Made by a program: the position numbers and the translations under genes. Shown here in pieces: positions 20,299 through 30,699 of a DNA stretch of 64,000 nt. The notes beneath the pieces were generated by a model. The model worked only from the letters and a program-made list of their open reading frames with translations, made no database searches and had not been told where the DNA came from. Position 1 is the first letter of the stretch. Every line of letters begins with the position of its first letter. Origin of the DNA: Candidatus Gottesmanbacteria bacterium RIFCSPHIGHO2_01_FULL_40_15 (GTDB taxonomy: Bacteria > Patescibacteriota > Microgenomatia > 2-02-FULL-39-11); the NCBI GenBank assembly GCA_001779115.1, contig MFJF01000005.1, forward strand, positions 142,888 to 206,887. The letters are read 5' to 3'.

Positions 20299-21567
20299 TT
20301 ATACCGGTTGAAGAAGATAAATTTCCCGGCCAATAAACTGTCCGGGACTTGTATACAAAACAGACTGTCTTTTAGTCAACCAGCTTTTAATTTTTCCGAT
20401 TGATGCCTCCGATAGAGGGTTTATTATCCTGAAACCACCGGCAGCGATTATAGACGCATCAATAAAAATATCTTCATCAGCGCTATGATAGACAGGGAAT
20501 ACTATAACCAAACGGCCCTCTTTTTTTAAAAGTTTTCTAAAAACTGAAAAACTGTCATGATACAGGCTGGTAACAATATTTACTGATTTTTTAATCACGG
20601 CATCAGCGGGTCGTTTTAAAAGCGGCGGTCCCAAAAACGGCTCCGTAACCAGAGCATCGAAGACATCCCCTTTCAGTTGTTTGTCCAAAAGTCGGACATC
20701 GGAAGTGCGCAATGTGATTTGAAAAGATTTTTTATCAAGGCTATATGATTTAAATAACCAGTCCAGGTTCTGGCGCGAAGAATTTATAGCATATTCTGAA
20801 ATATCCGATCCGGTAATATTTTTTATACCCGACAGCACGGCTTCCATAAGAATTGTTCCTGAACCGCAAAAAGGATCAAGCAGTCTTTCCTCAGCACCAA
20901 TTCCTGACAGATTTATCAAGGTTCTGGCCAATTTTACCGGTAAAATTCCCGCTTTTTTATCAAGAGCGGGTCTTTTAATATCGCGATAAGCATATGAAGA
21001 ATAATCCTGAACTTTTTCAGTTCTTCCGACATAAATATTATCGCCGGCAGCATGAAGACACATTTCAAAACCCCGGTCCAACAGCCGGTTTTTATATACG
21101 GCAACAGAGGATAATTTTCTTCCTTTAAGTCTTAAATAACCTGATTTGAAACCGTTTATTTTCAAATTTTCCTTGATATTATTGTTAAAATCGGACAAAT
21201 GATTTTCCAGAAGTTTTATTAGCTTATTACTTTTAGCTCCGGCATCATAAATACTGATACCGAAGTGTATTTTTTTTGTTTTTTCCGGGATAAAATATTT
21301 CGTCAAAAAGTCAGATTCAAAACAGGAATATAAAGCCGCCCGGTCTTCATCCAAAGAAAGTTGCGAGATTATTCTGCCCATTTTAACAGTACCTCCCAGA
21401 CGGTCCATAAAATATCCGGTGTCAAAGATTTCAGGAAGATTAATTATGACGGCCTCCGGCCCTATTTCCTCAATTAAGAATTCAATTTTTTCCTTTTTAA
21501 GTTGTGATAATATTTCCGCAAGAGACAAAGAATAATATCTTCCGAGAATAAAGAAGTATCTGTTCAT
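20299..21567 (-). CDS. THUMP-domain class I SAM-dependent RNA methyltransferase (RlmL/Trm11-like)
   Basis: 422 aa. N-terminal THUMP-like region, SAM-binding motif I (LDPFCGSGTILMEA) and a downstream DPPY-like context. Confidence 0.7.
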   Translation of the reverse strand: MNRYFFILGRYYSLSLAEILSQLKKEKIEFLIEEIGPEAVIINLPEIFDTGYFMDRLGGTVKMGRIISQLSLDEDRAALYSCFESDFLTKYFIPEKTKKIHFGISIYDAGAKSNKLIKLLENHLSDFNNNIKENLKINGFKSGYLRLKGRKLSSVAVYKNRLLDRGFEMCLHAAGDNIYVGRTEKVQDYSSYAYRDIKRPALDKKAGILPVKLARTLINLSGIGAEERLLDPFCGSGTILMEAVLSGIKNITGSDISEYAINSSRQNLDWLFKSYSLDKKSFQITLRTSDVRLLDKQLKGDVFDALVTEPFLGPPLLKRPADAVIKKSVNIVTSLYHDSFSVFRKLLKKEGRLVIVFPVYHSADEDIFIDASIIAAGGFRIINPLSEASIGKIKSWLTKRQSVLYTSPGQFIGREIYLLQPV

Positions 21568-21576
21568 TAAAATCCG

Positions 21577-22194
21577 TTATTCTATGACTTCCTCTTCAAG
21601 AAAAATCTCACCGGAGGTATCCACCGGAATACCGGAATTGCCGGTATTGATCTTTTTTGGCTCACTACTTCCGATAAATTTGTAGGATGAAACGATTGAA
21701 TCAAATATCTTTTGCCAATACCCCTTTCCAAAAGTGTCTACTTCAATCTGATAAAGATATCCGTTTCTTATCGCTTCCAACGTAAATTTGTTTTTGTCCG
21801 TATTATTTATAACTTTTACAGCGGGAAAAGTATCCAGCCGGCTGCCGACATAGTTTTCCAGTGATTCTCCGTCAATAAGATCGTCGAGATTTTCATAAGA
21901 GGTGTCTTTTGTCCAGAGAATGACGGAACCGGGATTATCTTTATCGGTCAACTCAAGATGGGCATAATTTTCGTTATCTTCAGAATGAGGGTTAAGATTC
22001 AGGTTTTTAGGGTATTGAAAGAGGAATTCAGATTGATCTTCCCAGGTTAAAAGTTCTACCGAAACAGGAGTTGAAGTTGGCAACACAGCCTCAGCCGTAT
22101 TCTGTCCGGTTTTTAGAAACCTTCCGAAATAAAAACCTGATACTGTAATAAAAAAGGCAAAAAGTGAGGCGAAAATTATGATTTTTTTATCCAC
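21577..22194 (-). CDS. Hypothetical membrane-anchored secreted protein
   Basis: 205 aa. N-terminal TM/signal anchor and an acidic extracellular domain. No recognisable motifs. Confidence 0.35.
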   Translation of the reverse strand: MDKKIIIFASLFAFFITVSGFYFGRFLKTGQNTAEAVLPTSTPVSVELLTWEDQSEFLFQYPKNLNLNPHSEDNENYAHLELTDKDNPGSVILWTKDTSYENLDDLIDGESLENYVGSRLDTFPAVKVINNTDKNKFTLEAIRNGYLYQIEVDTFGKGYWQKIFDSIVSSYKFIGSSEPKKINTGNSGIPVDTSGEIFLEEEVIE

Positions 22195-22296
22195 CGGCTA
22201 AAAGTATACTAAAAAAATAAACTATTATCAGCACAACCGGCAGATTGGAGATTGCATTAATACCGGATTTAGGGATAAAATCTTAAAAGAAAAAAA

Positions 22297-22734
22297 ATGA
22301 GATTTTTTCAGACTGTTTTAATTGCAGCTGTTTTATTTTTTTTACCTCTAAATAACCGGACTGTGTTTGGCGCCAAAAAATTCATACCAAAAAAAGGCAA
22401 TGCCAAGTCGGTTAATACGGCTTCGATAATACCTGTCAGAGTAAAATACAGAGCTGATAAGAGAGCAATTATATTTAATTTTACCGGATTTTCTAACATT
22501 ACTAGCGCTTCCTATCTTTTCAGTTACTTAAGTAACGGAATAACACAGGGAGCTGCCGGTACCATTTCTTCAGAGAATGATCCTTCGAGTCCCAGAGAAC
22601 TACTATTTGGAACATGTTCCACTTCAGTCTGTACTTTCCACACCGGACTGTCCAAGGCCGGCTTAAATATAACGGTTACAATGTCAAACGGCAAAAAAAT
22701 CAGTAAAAACTACCGGATAAAAACTTACTTTTGA
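22297..22734 (+). CDS. Hypothetical secreted protein
   Basis: 145 aa with an N-terminal signal peptide. No recognisable motifs. Confidence 0.35.
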   Translation: MRFFQTVLIAAVLFFLPLNNRTVFGAKKFIPKKGNAKSVNTASIIPVRVKYRADKRAIIFNFTGFSNITSASYLFSYLSNGITQGAAGTISSENDPSSPRELLFGTCSTSVCTFHTGLSKAGLNITVTMSNGKKISKNYRIKTYF

Positions 22735-22831
22735 CAAACCTTCCTGAGTTTTATTCCCTTTAACGGCTAATGATACTTGTGTATGATAAAACTAAGTACC
22801 CGACAGTTGCCGGGACTAAATTTATTGATTT

Positions 22832-24514
22832 ATGGCAATAAGCGATTATCAGCTTCAAAATCTTCTTATTGAATCAGGTCTTATCAAAGAACAGGAAATA
22901 AAAGATATTGCGGTGCTTTCCAAGAATTCCGGTATCGCTTTTTCCGAAACGTTAATAGAAAAAAATATCCTTTCGGATGAAATTCTTGGACAAATGGTTG
23001 CCAGAAAATTGGGGTATCCGTTTGTGATTTTATCCAAAACCGCTATTCCTGATGAAATGTTTCATGTAACTCCGGAAAAAATAGCCAGGAAACATAAAAT
23101 TATATCCTTTGGGAGGGACGAAAAAGGCATTAAGTTGGCGATGTCCGATCCTGCTAATAAAACTATTATTGAAATGATTGCCAAAAAAACCGGCAGTGCC
23201 ATCGTTCCCTATTACGCTACGGATAAAGACATAAACAATGCCCTGAAAATGTTCAGGAAAGAGCTTCAACTTGCCTGCGATAATTTATTAAAGGAAACTA
23301 TCAGTAAATCCAATACTTTTATTCCGGATGAAGCGCCGATAACAAAAATTGTCGATCTTATTATCGATTATGCTTATGACGATAAATCTTCGGATATTCA
23401 TATTGAACCTGAGGAAAAAAATTGCCTGATCCGATTCAGGATTGACGGGTTATTGCATGACGAACTGAAACTGCCGAAAATCCTTCATGACCGGATTATT
23501 GCCAGAATAAAAGTTCTATCAAGACTGCGGACCGATGAGCATTTATCAGCCCAGGACGGAAAAATGAGAATGCAAAGGGAATATGAGAATTTGGATATCA
23601 GAGTGTCAATTATTCCGGTGGCTGACGGTGAAAAGGCTGTTTTAAGACTCCTTTCTTCCAAACACGGACAATTTTCACTTTCTAATTTGGGAATAAATGA
23701 CAGTGACTTAATTAAAATTAACAAAGCCGTAAGCAAATCTTACGGGATGATTTTATCAACAGGACCCACAGGATCAGGTAAAACAACAATCATTTATACC
23801 ATATTAAAACAGATTAATATCCGGGAAAGAAATATTACGACAATTGAGGATCCTGTAGAATACCGGATAATGGGAGCCAATCAAATTCAGGTTAATACAA
23901 AAACAAATCTGACATTTGCCAACGGTTTAAGATCAATTTTAAGACAGGACCCCAATGTAATATTTGTCGGTGAAATCAGGGATAATGAAACCGCTGCCAT
24001 AGCTGTTAACGCGGCACTGACAGGCCATTTGGTTTTATCAACACTTCATACAAATGACGCTTCAACTGCCATTCCGCGACTGATTGATATGAAAGTGGAA
24101 CCTTTTCTGGTTGCTTCAACGGTAAATCTTATTATTGCCCAAAGACTGGTCAGAAAAATCTGCGAAATGTGCAAAACAGCCTACACCATATCGTTATCAG
24201 AACTTAGCCAGCATATTCCCCTGGAATTAATTAAAAAAGCTGTCGGAGAAGAACTGGAATTTACCTTTTTTAAAGGCAAAGGCTGCAAATTATGCCGCAA
24301 TACCGGTTATCAAGGGAGAATTGGAGTTTTTGAAGTTTTGGAAGTAACGAAAGAAATGAAAAAACTGATAGCTACCAAGTGCGATGCCGAGACAATCACC
24401 AACACGGCTGTAAAAGAAGGCATGAAAACAATGACAGAAGACGGACTTAACAAAGCCGTAAAAGGGATTACCACCATTGAAGAAGTAATCAGAGTTACCA
24501 AAGTAGAATCTTAA
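22832..24514 (+). CDS. pilB: Type IV pilus assembly ATPase PilB/GspE
   Basis: 560 aa. Walker A GPTGSGKTT, Asp box, His box, tetracysteine motif (CEMC...CKLC). Confidence 0.92.
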   Translation: MAISDYQLQNLLIESGLIKEQEIKDIAVLSKNSGIAFSETLIEKNILSDEILGQMVARKLGYPFVILSKTAIPDEMFHVTPEKIARKHKIISFGRDEKGIKLAMSDPANKTIIEMIAKKTGSAIVPYYATDKDINNALKMFRKELQLACDNLLKETISKSNTFIPDEAPITKIVDLIIDYAYDDKSSDIHIEPEEKNCLIRFRIDGLLHDELKLPKILHDRIIARIKVLSRLRTDEHLSAQDGKMRMQREYENLDIRVSIIPVADGEKAVLRLLSSKHGQFSLSNLGINDSDLIKINKAVSKSYGMILSTGPTGSGKTTIIYTILKQINIRERNITTIEDPVEYRIMGANQIQVNTKTNLTFANGLRSILRQDPNVIFVGEIRDNETAAIAVNAALTGHLVLSTLHTNDASTAIPRLIDMKVEPFLVASTVNLIIAQRLVRKICEMCKTAYTISLSELSQHIPLELIKKAVGEELEFTFFKGKGCKLCRNTGYQGRIGVFEVLEVTKEMKKLIATKCDAETITNTAVKEGMKTMTEDGLNKAVKGITTIEEVIRVTKVES

Positions 24515-24515
24515 T

Positions 24516-25571
24516 ATGAATATTGCTCCGATATCTTTATCCAGCAGTGAAAAAATCAGTTTCTTAAGCAATCTTTCAACAATGCTGGCTGCAGGCATAT
24601 CCATTTTGGAAGCGGTTGACGCATTGCTTGAAGATGCCAAAGGGAAAAATAAAAAATTTTTGGAAATTTTAAGGGAGGATATTGTTCAGGGCAATCACCT
24701 TTATTATTCTTTTTCCAAATTCCCGTTAGTTTTTGACAAAATTACCGTTAACCTGATTAAAGCATCTGAGGAAGCAGGAACGCTGGAGATAACACTTAAA
24801 GATATAAAGATAAATATACTAAAAGAAATGGAATTTACCGATAAAGTCAAGCAGGCTTTGATTTATCCGGTTCTTATAGGGTTTGTTTTTTTGGGGGTAC
24901 TTCTTTTAATGCTTTTAGTTGTCATTCCAAAAATTTCCTCGGTATTTTCCAGGCTGAATGTGGATTTGCCTCTGCCGACGAAAATACTGATTTATTCATC
25001 GGAACTTTTAACCAGGAATTCCCTTTTAATCGCAGTTTCATCCGTATTATTTTTTCTAATAATGTCTTTTATTTATAAAAGAAACCGGTCGTTTTTTATC
25101 ACACCCTTGTATTCCCTGCCTTTAATATCAAATCTCATCAAAGATATTGATTTAACCAGATTTACCAGAAGCATGGCCCTTCTTCTTCATGCTGGAGTAC
25201 CGATAGTCAATTGTCTGGAGTTAACCAAAAATGTGGTTATTAATAAAGAAACAGCCAAAGTAATAGCCAGATCAACTGAAATGGTTGTAGCCGGAAAAAA
25301 ATTATCCGAAGGATTCAAATCTGCCAAAAGCGTGTTTCCGACAATCATGATCAAGCTTTTGGAAGTCGGAGAGAAAAGCGGAGCTTTGGAAAAATCGATG
25401 CAGGACATCTCCGAATATCTGGAATACCAGGTATCCAATACTTTAAGAACTTTTACCGCTCTTTTGGAACCGATCATGCTTATTATAGTGGGTGTTCTGG
25501 TGGGCGGAATGATGCTGGCCATAATTGCCCCCATTTACGGACTGATCGGCCAGGTAGGAGCCGGCGGATGA
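24516..25571 (+). CDS. pilC: Type IV pilus platform protein PilC/GspF
   Basis: 351 aa with two T2SSF-like repeats and 3 TM segments. Start is 2 bp after the pilB stop. Confidence 0.85.
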   Translation: MNIAPISLSSSEKISFLSNLSTMLAAGISILEAVDALLEDAKGKNKKFLEILREDIVQGNHLYYSFSKFPLVFDKITVNLIKASEEAGTLEITLKDIKINILKEMEFTDKVKQALIYPVLIGFVFLGVLLLMLLVVIPKISSVFSRLNVDLPLPTKILIYSSELLTRNSLLIAVSSVLFFLIMSFIYKRNRSFFITPLYSLPLISNLIKDIDLTRFTRSMALLLHAGVPIVNCLELTKNVVINKETAKVIARSTEMVVAGKKLSEGFKSAKSVFPTIMIKLLEVGEKSGALEKSMQDISEYLEYQVSNTLRTFTALLEPIMLIIVGVLVGGMMLAIIAPIYGLIGQVGAGG

Positions 25572-26059
25572 AAAAAAACAATACAAAATTAAGCGGATTT
25601 ACCCTGATAGAACTTATTGTTTCAATGGCAATAATAGCGATATTTACGGGTATTATTACGATTAGCCTTATAAATATTGAACCGAGGTCATCCCTGACAA
25701 CTACCGCGGCAACCTTGATTTCAGATATTAAACTGCAACAACTTAAAGCCATGACCGGAGGAATAAAAAATAATGCCGCTTCGGAATTCGGAGTTTTTTT
25801 TGAAAATGACAAATATATACTTTTTTCGGGAATTAATTACACACCCGCGGATCCATCCAACACCATAGTTACATATGATGAAAATATCCGCTTGACTTCA
25901 ATAAATTTTCCCGGATCACAAATTGTATTTAACCGCATCAAGGGTGAAATCAGCGGATTTATTCCGGAGTCAGACAGTCTGACCTTAAAAAATCTTGTTT
26001 CCAATGATGAACAGACACTGACATTTAATAAACTGGGTGCTGTTATTTCCTTAAATTGA
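25568..26059 (+). CDS. Prepilin-type (class III signal) pseudopilin
   Basis: 163 aa. KLSG|FTLIELIV with Glu+5, the N-terminal methylation/cleavage motif. Confidence 0.75.
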   Translation: MKKNNTKLSGFTLIELIVSMAIIAIFTGIITISLINIEPRSSLTTTAATLISDIKLQQLKAMTGGIKNNAASEFGVFFENDKYILFSGINYTPADPSNTIVTYDENIRLTSINFPGSQIVFNRIKGEISGFIPESDSLTLKNLVSNDEQTLTFNKLGAVISLN

Positions 26060-26074
26060 AATAAATTATAAACA

Positions 26075-28042
26075 TTGCTACTGCCCATGAAAAACCGTCA
26101 AAAGAAAAATATTCCGTTCTCCCAGGGGCAGTCAATTATCGAGCTTTTGATTGCCATTGCCATATCTTCCATTCTTCTACCGGGTCTGATACAGGGACTG
26201 ACATCATCAAGAGAGGGAAAAGCGCAGCAAAAACAAAGAAACGAAGCATATCAACTTTTAATCGAAGCAGAAGAAGCGGTAAAACAGGTCAGGGAAAGGA
26301 ATTGGAACGAAATATCGGTTAACGGTACTTTCCATCCCCTAATAAGCGGGACTTACTACATTCTTCAACCGGGAAGTGAATCCCTCAGCGGATTTACGCG
26401 GCAAATATCCATTGAAGATGCTTACAGGGATGCTAACGGAGTTCTTTCCGGCACAGGCGAAGCGGATCCTTCAACAAGAAAAATTACAACAACCGTCTCT
26501 TGGTCGCAGCCGAATCCTTCCGATGTGGAATCGATAATTTACCTGACCAGATATATTAATAATTCAGCGTATACGGAAACGACTATTGATGATTTTGACC
26601 GGGGAACACAAAACGGTGTTGCCGTTATTGATGATTTCGGAGGAGAAGTAGTTCTGGGAACCGGGGGAACCGGCAGCTGGTGGTGCAATCCGAATTTATC
26701 GATTTCCGCTGTAGATCTGCCTAGACAGGGTGTGGCGAACGCCGTTTCGGCCATTGAAGGACAGGTGGTTGCCGGAACCGGCGAGAATGCTTCAGGAGTA
26801 TCATTCGCCAATACCCTTATTTCCAACCCTCCGGCTCCGACTCCGCCGGGTGGAACTATTGAAGGGACTTTTGACGGTTATAAAACCAACGGAGTTTTCG
26901 GAGAAGATGATTTTGCTTACCTGGCAACGGACACTAACGCAAAAGAAATAGTTATTATCGATCTGACGCAGGTTGACATAAACGGAAAATTTACCGAGGC
27001 AGGCTATTTTAACGCTCCCGGTAATGCTGACGCCCAAAGTGTATTTGTATCCGGTAATATCGGCTTTGCCCTTATATTCAATATCCTTTATACATTTGAT
27101 TTGTCGGAAAAAGCCGGAGCCAGACCGCTTCTTTCACAGATAACTTTAGCAGGAACGGGAAACAGAATATTCGTCAGAGGAAATTACGCCTATATTGCCG
27201 TTGAATCTTTATCTAAACAACTCCAAATAATTGAAGTAAGCCCCGACGGAACAGTTTTGACCGAAACGGGATTTGCCCAATTGGACGCGTCCTACGGCCG
27301 GGATGTTTTTGTCAATCAGGCAGGCAACCGGATATATATGGCGACAGCAGTTTCATCAACTCAAAGAGAAATGTTTACAATTGATACGACAATCAAAAAC
27401 GGCCAAAGACCGGTTGTGGCGACCTATGAAACGAACGGAATGAATCCTAAAGGAATTACCGTTGTTACCGGAAATAAAGCAATTATTGTCGGAACAGGAG
27501 GAGAGGAATACCAGGTTATTAACATAATCAGAGAAAGAATCGATCCTCCGATGCCCAAATGCGGCGGATTAAACATTGATACCGGGATAAACGGATTATC
27601 TTCAGTTCTGGAAGCGGACGGAGATGTATATTCCTACATTATTACCGGCGATGCCAATGCCGAACTTAAGATTATCGCCGGAGGTCCCGGCGGACAATAT
27701 ACAACAACAGGCATTTATGAATCGGCTCCGTTTGATGCGGGAACAGCCGCTGCATTTAACAGGCTGGAATTCACAACCGATATTCCTATTAATACGACAT
27801 TGAATTTACAGGTGGCTGTAACTGAGGCTGTAAACGACAATTGTAACGATGCTTTATATACTTATGTCGGACCTGACGGACTGCTTACGGGTTTTTTTAC
27901 CCAAGCCGGTTCAATTCCCATAAACGGGGTAGGGACTTATAAAAACCCGGGCAGATGTTTCCGCTATAAGGCCAATTTTAATTCAGATGATATTTTTTAC
28001 AGTCCTGTTCTATATGATGTAACGGTAAATTATTCACCATGA
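26075..28042 (+). CDS. Large (655 aa) prepilin-like minor pilin / putative pilus-tip or adhesin subunit
   Basis: Class III signal (FSQG|QSIIELLIAIAI, Glu+5) followed by a ~620-aa Gly/Thr/Asn-rich, probably beta-rich domain. Confidence 0.55.
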   Translation: MLLPMKNRQKKNIPFSQGQSIIELLIAIAISSILLPGLIQGLTSSREGKAQQKQRNEAYQLLIEAEEAVKQVRERNWNEISVNGTFHPLISGTYYILQPGSESLSGFTRQISIEDAYRDANGVLSGTGEADPSTRKITTTVSWSQPNPSDVESIIYLTRYINNSAYTETTIDDFDRGTQNGVAVIDDFGGEVVLGTGGTGSWWCNPNLSISAVDLPRQGVANAVSAIEGQVVAGTGENASGVSFANTLISNPPAPTPPGGTIEGTFDGYKTNGVFGEDDFAYLATDTNAKEIVIIDLTQVDINGKFTEAGYFNAPGNADAQSVFVSGNIGFALIFNILYTFDLSEKAGARPLLSQITLAGTGNRIFVRGNYAYIAVESLSKQLQIIEVSPDGTVLTETGFAQLDASYGRDVFVNQAGNRIYMATAVSSTQREMFTIDTTIKNGQRPVVATYETNGMNPKGITVVTGNKAIIVGTGGEEYQVINIIRERIDPPMPKCGGLNIDTGINGLSSVLEADGDVYSYIITGDANAELKIIAGGPGGQYTTTGIYESAPFDAGTAAAFNRLEFTTDIPINTTLNLQVAVTEAVNDNCNDALYTYVGPDGLLTGFFTQAGSIPINGVGTYKNPGRCFRYKANFNSDDIFYSPVLYDVTVNYSP

Positions 28043-28539
28043 GAAAAAATACACACTTTTCAGGTAAAGGCACGGCGATTATCGAAATGGTAATCTATAC
28101 TTTTCTTTTATTTACTCTGTTAATTGTCATAACCGATGTTTTCGCAACTCTTTTTGACACCCAGAAAGAATCTGTTTCCTATTCGGAATCCCAAACAGAC
28201 GCCAGATTTATCAGTCAAAAGTTAATAAATACACTATCAACGGCTGGAAACGTATTGATTCCGGTCAATCCCGGAGACAACAGCAATATATTAACAATTC
28301 AAAGCGGAACTGATACTTATACTTTTTTTTTATCGGGCGGTAATTTAATTTCAGATGACGGAGTAACACAAGAAAGATTAAACAGTTTTTCCACCAATAT
28401 TTCAAATTTCAATATTATAAGACTGCAAAATCCGGGAGATAAACCGCTTTTAAGGATAACTGCTGATGTTACAAGTACAATCCAAAGAGCTGCCGGACCG
28501 GAAACGGAGAAAATTAATTTAACAGCGGGAATCAGATGA
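28039..28539 (+). CDS. Prepilin-type pseudopilin
   Basis: 166 aa. GKG|TAIIEMVIY with Glu+5. Overlaps the upstream gene by 4 bp. Confidence 0.6.
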   Translation: MRKNTHFSGKGTAIIEMVIYTFLLFTLLIVITDVFATLFDTQKESVSYSESQTDARFISQKLINTLSTAGNVLIPVNPGDNSNILTIQSGTDTYTFFLSGGNLISDDGVTQERLNSFSTNISNFNIIRLQNPGDKPLLRITADVTSTIQRAAGPETEKINLTAGIR

Positions 28540-28919
28540 GAAAAATTAATAAATACAGTAAGGGTCACGCTTTAATTGTCCTTATATTTTTTATGGTTCT
28601 TGCCGTTACGGTAATTGCAGCCTCTGTTGCGTTAATGATTATTGCCGGATCTTCAACAACTTATGCCGTTACTTCCGGAAGAGCAAAATCATTAGCAGAA
28701 ACAGGAGCGGAAAATGCCCTGCTAAGACTTCTGAGGAATCCCGGTTATACCGGGGAAACAATAACCATCGGAGACGGAGAAATTACCGTAACAGTAACCG
28801 GATCCTCCGAAAAAACCATTATCAGTTCAGCAAAATTGTCCAACCAGATAAAAACAATAGAAGCATTAACAGCTATCAATAATAATGTTTTGTCTGTTTT
28901 ATCATGGAGAGAATTATGA
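28536..28919 (+). CDS. PilX-like minor pilin
   Basis: 127 aa. N-terminal hydrophobic helix with no Glu+5, then a PilX_N-like segment (AKSLAETGAENALLRLLRNP). Confidence 0.45.
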   Translation: MRKINKYSKGHALIVLIFFMVLAVTVIAASVALMIIAGSSTTYAVTSGRAKSLAETGAENALLRLLRNPGYTGETITIGDGEITVTVTGSSEKTIISSAKLSNQIKTIEALTAINNNVLSVLSWREL

Positions 28920-29602
28920 TGGGCAATGAAAGTAACAAGAATTTCGGAATTATATTAATCGACCGGTCCAGGATGGAATATTTTGACATGAATGTTAAAA
29001 AACAAATGGTTTTTAATTTTTCTCCCAATTTAGTCCGTGATCTTGAAGTGATTAACCGGATTGATTTGGAAAAACAAATTATTCTTTTTATTAATTTCTA
29101 CAAACTGAATCCGCAGTCACTTGTTATCGTTTTGTCCGAAGAGGTAATTTTTGAAATCTTAGTCGATGAAGTCAGTGACAGCCAATTTGAGCTGACATTA
29201 AATAACTTTCTATACCATCTGCCGTTTGAGGAAACTATTCATAAAATCTACAGGCAGCCAAAGGGCTACCGGATTGTTGCCGTCAACAAAGATCTGATTG
29301 AAACAATAAGGCATATGTTTATTAAAATGGGATTTTATGTTGAAGCAATTGTCCCGACTTCAATAATCGGAATTAACGTAAAAACCCTTGATTTGGCCGC
29401 GGCAAACTTTATATCGGCAAAATTGAATATGATTAAGGATCAGACTCTTGTTACTTCACAGATACAGAGTAAACCTAAAAATCCTGAAGAGAAACAGGTA
29501 TTCGGAATAAAAAGAGTTTTTATTCTTTTAACGTTTTTTTCACTGCTTTTAATTCTTCTTCTTTTCATGCTCTACAGGCAAACAACACCATTTAGATTAT
29601 GA
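28904..29602 (+). CDS. Hypothetical pilus-assembly-associated protein (cytoplasmic domain + C-terminal TM; PilM/PilN-like?)
   Basis: 232 aa, embedded in the pilus operon. N-terminal GIILIDRS...-type start resembles actin-like PilM. Single C-terminal TM. Confidence 0.3.
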   Translation: MERIMMGNESNKNFGIILIDRSRMEYFDMNVKKQMVFNFSPNLVRDLEVINRIDLEKQIILFINFYKLNPQSLVIVLSEEVIFEILVDEVSDSQFELTLNNFLYHLPFEETIHKIYRQPKGYRIVAVNKDLIETIRHMFIKMGFYVEAIVPTSIIGINVKTLDLAAANFISAKLNMIKDQTLVTSQIQSKPKNPEEKQVFGIKRVFILLTFFSLLLILLLFMLYRQTTPFRL

Positions 29603-29608
29603 AAAAAT

Positions 29609-30091
29609 ATGACTAAAATTTGGAAACGTGTCAGATTGAATAAAATACTTTTGGTCTTAGAAGTCCTTATTTTAGTAATATTTGGGGGATTTCTTTTCAA
29701 GCGTAATATACAAAAATCTACTCTACAATGGGTATTAATACCGGGAGTGGATCGTCCTCTTGATTTATTCTGTAATGGTCAGCAATTATATCCTCCTAAT
29801 TCATGGGATTGGCCTTTTCCAGCTTTCTCACCTGATAGACGTTTCTATGTAAATGTTTCTAACGGCAATAAAACTAAATCAAAATGGATAAAGATGTTTA
29901 AAGCAAATACAAAAAAAGAGATTGGCAGGTATTATAGCGAGTATTCAAGTTTAATAGTTTTGTGTTGGGCCAAAGACAATAGCGGTATATATTTATTGGA
30001 TTATGATCCTGGATTCAGAGCAATGATAGATATAGGTTTACCCTCAAAATACGGTGAGGTTAAAAAACTTCTTGTGCCCTCATCAACCTAA
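29609..30091 (+). CDS. Hypothetical bitopic membrane protein in pilus locus
   Basis: 160 aa. N-terminal TM followed by a Trp/Pro-rich extracytoplasmic domain. No recognisable family. Confidence 0.3.
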   Translation: MTKIWKRVRLNKILLVLEVLILVIFGGFLFKRNIQKSTLQWVLIPGVDRPLDLFCNGQQLYPPNSWDWPFPAFSPDRRFYVNVSNGNKTKSKWIKMFKANTKKEIGRYYSEYSSLIVLCWAKDNSGIYLLDYDPGFRAMIDIGLPSKYGEVKKLLVPSST

Positions 30092-30187
30092 GTAATAAAT
30101 GATTTTTCCATGGAGCGGGTTTTGTAAACTTTTACTTGACAATGAATACTTCTTAATAGTAGCGTGAATTTAGGAGGTGATTATTTA

Positions 30188-30631
30188 ATGAAAACTGCCC
30201 AAAAGGGTTTTACCCTTATAGAACTTTTGGTTGTCATCGGTATTTTGGCAACCCTGTTGGCGATTACTCTTATCGCCATTAACCCGGCCAGACAATTTTC
30301 CCAGGCCAACAATACTCAAAGAAACAGCAATGTCTCAACAATACTTAATGCGGTCCATCAATATGCTGCAGATAACCGAGGCGCGCTACCGGCCGGAATA
30401 ACAACAACGGTGCAAACTATAGCTGATACAGGAGCCGATATCTGTGCTGATGTTATCACCAGATATATCGCCGCTTTACCGGTTGATCCTTCTTTAGGAG
30501 GAGCAAGCGTGACTATCTGTACGGCCGCGTATAACACCGGTTATACGGTTGTCAGAAGCGTAACAGACGGAAGGATAACAGTGGCCGCCCCAATGGCTGA
30601 GCTGGGTTCATCCATTTCAGTAACCCGCTGA
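30188..30631 (+). CDS. pilA: Type IV major pilin (PilA-like)
   Basis: Start at the ATG after a perfect AGGAGG RBS (30172-30177). QKG|FTLIELLVVIGILA with Glu+5; 147 aa; followed by a strong terminator. Confidence 0.85.
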   Translation: MKTAQKGFTLIELLVVIGILATLLAITLIAINPARQFSQANNTQRNSNVSTILNAVHQYAADNRGALPAGITTTVQTIADTGADICADVITRYIAALPVDPSLGGASVTICTAAYNTGYTVVRSVTDGRITVAAPMAELGSSISVTR

Positions 30632-30646
30632 AACAACGGAGATCGA

Positions 30647-30698
30647 AAAGAAAGGTTTGAAGAGGAAGCGATTCCTTTACCTTTCTTTTTGGTGTTTT
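30647..30698 (+). terminator. Intrinsic terminator after pilA
   Basis: 10-bp stem AAAGAAAGGT/ACCTTTCTTT with an inner AGGAA/TTCCT stem, followed by TTGGTGTTTTT. Confidence 0.55.
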
Positions 30699-30699
30699 T

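Noticed and set aside
30121-30190. Strong sigma-70 promoter for pilA (TTGACA at 30135-30140)
   Set aside because: A -35 hexamer is present, but no -10 hexamer with acceptable spacing could be aligned (best candidates TAATAG/TAGTAG at 12-15 nt). Left unannotated despite the strong RBS.
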